A stretch of 64,000 nt of DNA from Octopus sinensis (lineage: Eukaryota), in assembly GCF_006345805.1 (NCBI RefSeq), contig NC_042998.1:174034001-174098000 (forward strand). Reading direction: 5' to 3'. Each line of letters starts with the position of its first letter. Position 1 is the stretch's first letter. Below, piece after piece: positions 61,621-64,000 of the stretch. The position numbers and the translations under genes were made by a program. The notes beneath the pieces are model-generated. The model was not told the DNA's origin and searched no databases. It saw only the letters and a list, made by a program, of their open reading frames with translations.

Positions 61621-62967
61621 AAACTTAGATAAACTTAGATAGGTTTCGACCAATGATTGGTCCAGGCCATGTCTAACTTAATAGCACCACCTGATAGGAT
61701 GATTTGAATCCTGTTTAAGTCAAGTTTTGTTTATGGTCCATTCAAGTAGTGAGTTTTTGTTGGGTGAGTTGTATCCAATTATGGGTGGCTTATCTGGTAT
61801 TCCTTGAAGGAATCTATCCAGACTCCGTTTAAAGTTGATGGGATCCTGTTCCTCTTTGATCTCTTTCGGGACAATGTTAAATAAGGCAGGGCCTGTTGAG
61901 GAAAAGAAATTATGCTGTAGTGTACATGTATGCCGTGATCTTGAATTGGGCAGGGGACGTATGGCCCTTGCTCCCAGTCTTGGATGAACCTTGAAGCTAA
62001 TGTTCAGGTCGTTTGGGAAAAGTTGGCGGTATATTCTCCACATCGTACAAATGATGTACCGCTCACGGCGACGCTGGAGAGAGTAGAGTTTCAAGGCTTT
62101 AAGGCGATCCCAATAATCGAGAGCAGCCATGCCTTCAATTCGTTTAGTGAGTGCTCTCTGGGGTGATTCAATCCTCGAGATGTTTTGTCTTGTATGGGGA
62201 GACCACAGTGGGCAGCAGTATTCGAGGTGTGGCCGTACAAAGGAGGAGAAAATTGGTATGATGACACCTTGTTCTCTGGACTGGAAAGGTCTTAAGATCC
62301 AGGAACTCATCCTACGAGCTATATCGACCTTCTTGTTGAGGTGTACACTCCAACTGAGATCGTCATCAACAATTACACCCAGGTCGCTGATATTGTTAGA
62401 GGCTGTGAGCGGTTCCCCTGAAGGAAGAGAGTATGGCTGTTTTAGTGAGGAATTTCTTCCAAAATACATCAGATCAAATTTTCCCTCATTCAGTTGTATT
62501 TTGTTTCTGTCTGCCCATTGACTCACAGCATATAGATCAGACTGGAGTTGAGTTCGGTCTGCTTCTTCATTGACGATTTGCTGGAGCTTAGTGTCATCAG
62601 CAAATATTTTCACTTTGCAGTAATGTACGACACTGGAAAGGTCGTTTATGTAGATTATGAAGAGTAGCGGACCCAAGACAGTCCCCTGGGGGACACCGCT
62701 GGTGACTTTTTACTGGGCTTGAGTGGACTCCATCAACTACAACATGTTGTGTTCTATTCGCCAGGAAACACTTGATGCAGTGTAGAACTTTTCCACGGAT
62801 TCCAACATTTGCCAATTTTGAGAGTAGGATATTATGGTCTACCCTGTCGAACACTTTACTGAAGTCAAGGTATATGACATCAGAGTTCGAACCTGTTCCC
62901 AAGGCTTTGAGTACATCTTCAATGTGGTGTAAGAGCTGTGTTAGACAGTCCCTGCCACAGCGAAAGC
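61621..62967 (-). mobile_element. second, more truncated copy of the CR1/L2-group LINE
   Basis: Highly similar to about 34535-35880; ORF 61720-62676 with IFADDTKL, RPHLEYCCPLWSP, YSLQRRRERY; same atctaagttt tail. Confidence 0.93.
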
Positions 62968-64000
62968 GATACATAAAAAGTAAAAGAAATATATCCTTGT
63001 TTCTTTTTTTGTTTTGTTTTTTTTTTACCTCAAGACTACAGATATAAAAAATATCAATATCCATATTGATGCAACACGTATTTTGTCAGTGAACAGGTCA
63101 AATGTTCTTGATTTGTTGCAAGATTTAAAAGAAATATATAGAGATATACACTATATTGTAAATGTCTATAGTGATATCTGAAATCGTACTCTTTATATAA
63201 TAAATTCTTAAATATTTAACTGTCAAACTCTCAAACTTGTACTTCTTTAAATATGGCATAAAACCTCAGAAAACCTATTTTACGCAAGTAAGTTGTCACA
63301 CAAAAGGAGAATTTGTGATAAAAATTCTATTCAAATCATTCTGAATCAGCAGTCCCCTCTAGGAGGACAAAACAATTCTTTATCATTTGTATTTCCAAAT
63401 AGCTCGCTCTAGATATGTGTTTATATAATGACGAGGAATGAATACACTGGTATTTGCCTGCGGTCTAATGTGATATCAACTGATACACTAGTTTTCTCTT
63501 CAGATAATAAGAAGTGAATTCACAAATAATTACAGATAATAAGTATTAGTGAGAATAATTTACAAAAATGGAATTGGAAACAATGTTTAAGTCATATTTC
63601 TCTACTTCATAGTCACACAACTTGCGTAAGATTTGCAAAATATATCAATAATCTATAGCGAAATAAATATTTAGCCTATTTATTTCAATACAATATCCAA
63701 GACATTCAGTTCAAAGCGTCTTTTTATTCATCGGTTGTCAGCAAGTAATGCATTGTTAACTAGTAATACATAAATAGACACCGATATATGAAGCATCAAG
63801 AGACCGGGGAGTCCCTCTGTAATTACCCGTTCTACAAAAGTTTGAAACCAGAATTCCATCATATCATACACTACTAGCTTAAAATTATAAACAAAAACAA
63901 AGAAAAGACATCGAATAAAATAGTTCAATATATACCACCTAAAGTATAGACGGAATGTTCATGACTGAAATACCTTCGATCAAAGAAAGGTTACACATTC

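Overview
AT-rich, microsatellite-dense animal (eukaryotic) DNA. The two recurring tRNA-derived SINE families and the (TA)n/(AAT)n/(GAA)n landscape look like Octopus or another cephalopod (inference from recognition, not a database search). No intact host gene is visible, and most listed ORFs are microsatellite artefacts. The window is a stack of transposon relics: R4/Dong-type (restriction-like endonuclease) LINEs in (AAT)n tracts, a 5'-truncated RTE LINE with an uninterrupted RT ORF, two CR1-type LINE copies, a Penelope GIY-YIG fragment, an L1/Tx1-like ORF1 relic, a Gypsy gag-protease-RT relic, mariner/Tigger elements and many SINEs. Two things stand out. (1) Ten type-I hammerhead-ribozyme-like motifs, plus one half-copy, from about seven unrelated sequence families; most lie in non-coding fold-back or inverted-repeat elements bounded by (TA)n, concentrated at 36 kb and 40.5-46.2 kb. 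(2) An intronless EF-hand/rhomboid protease gene fragment fused in frame to the Gypsy RT. All alignments and folds were done by eye and boundaries are approximate.
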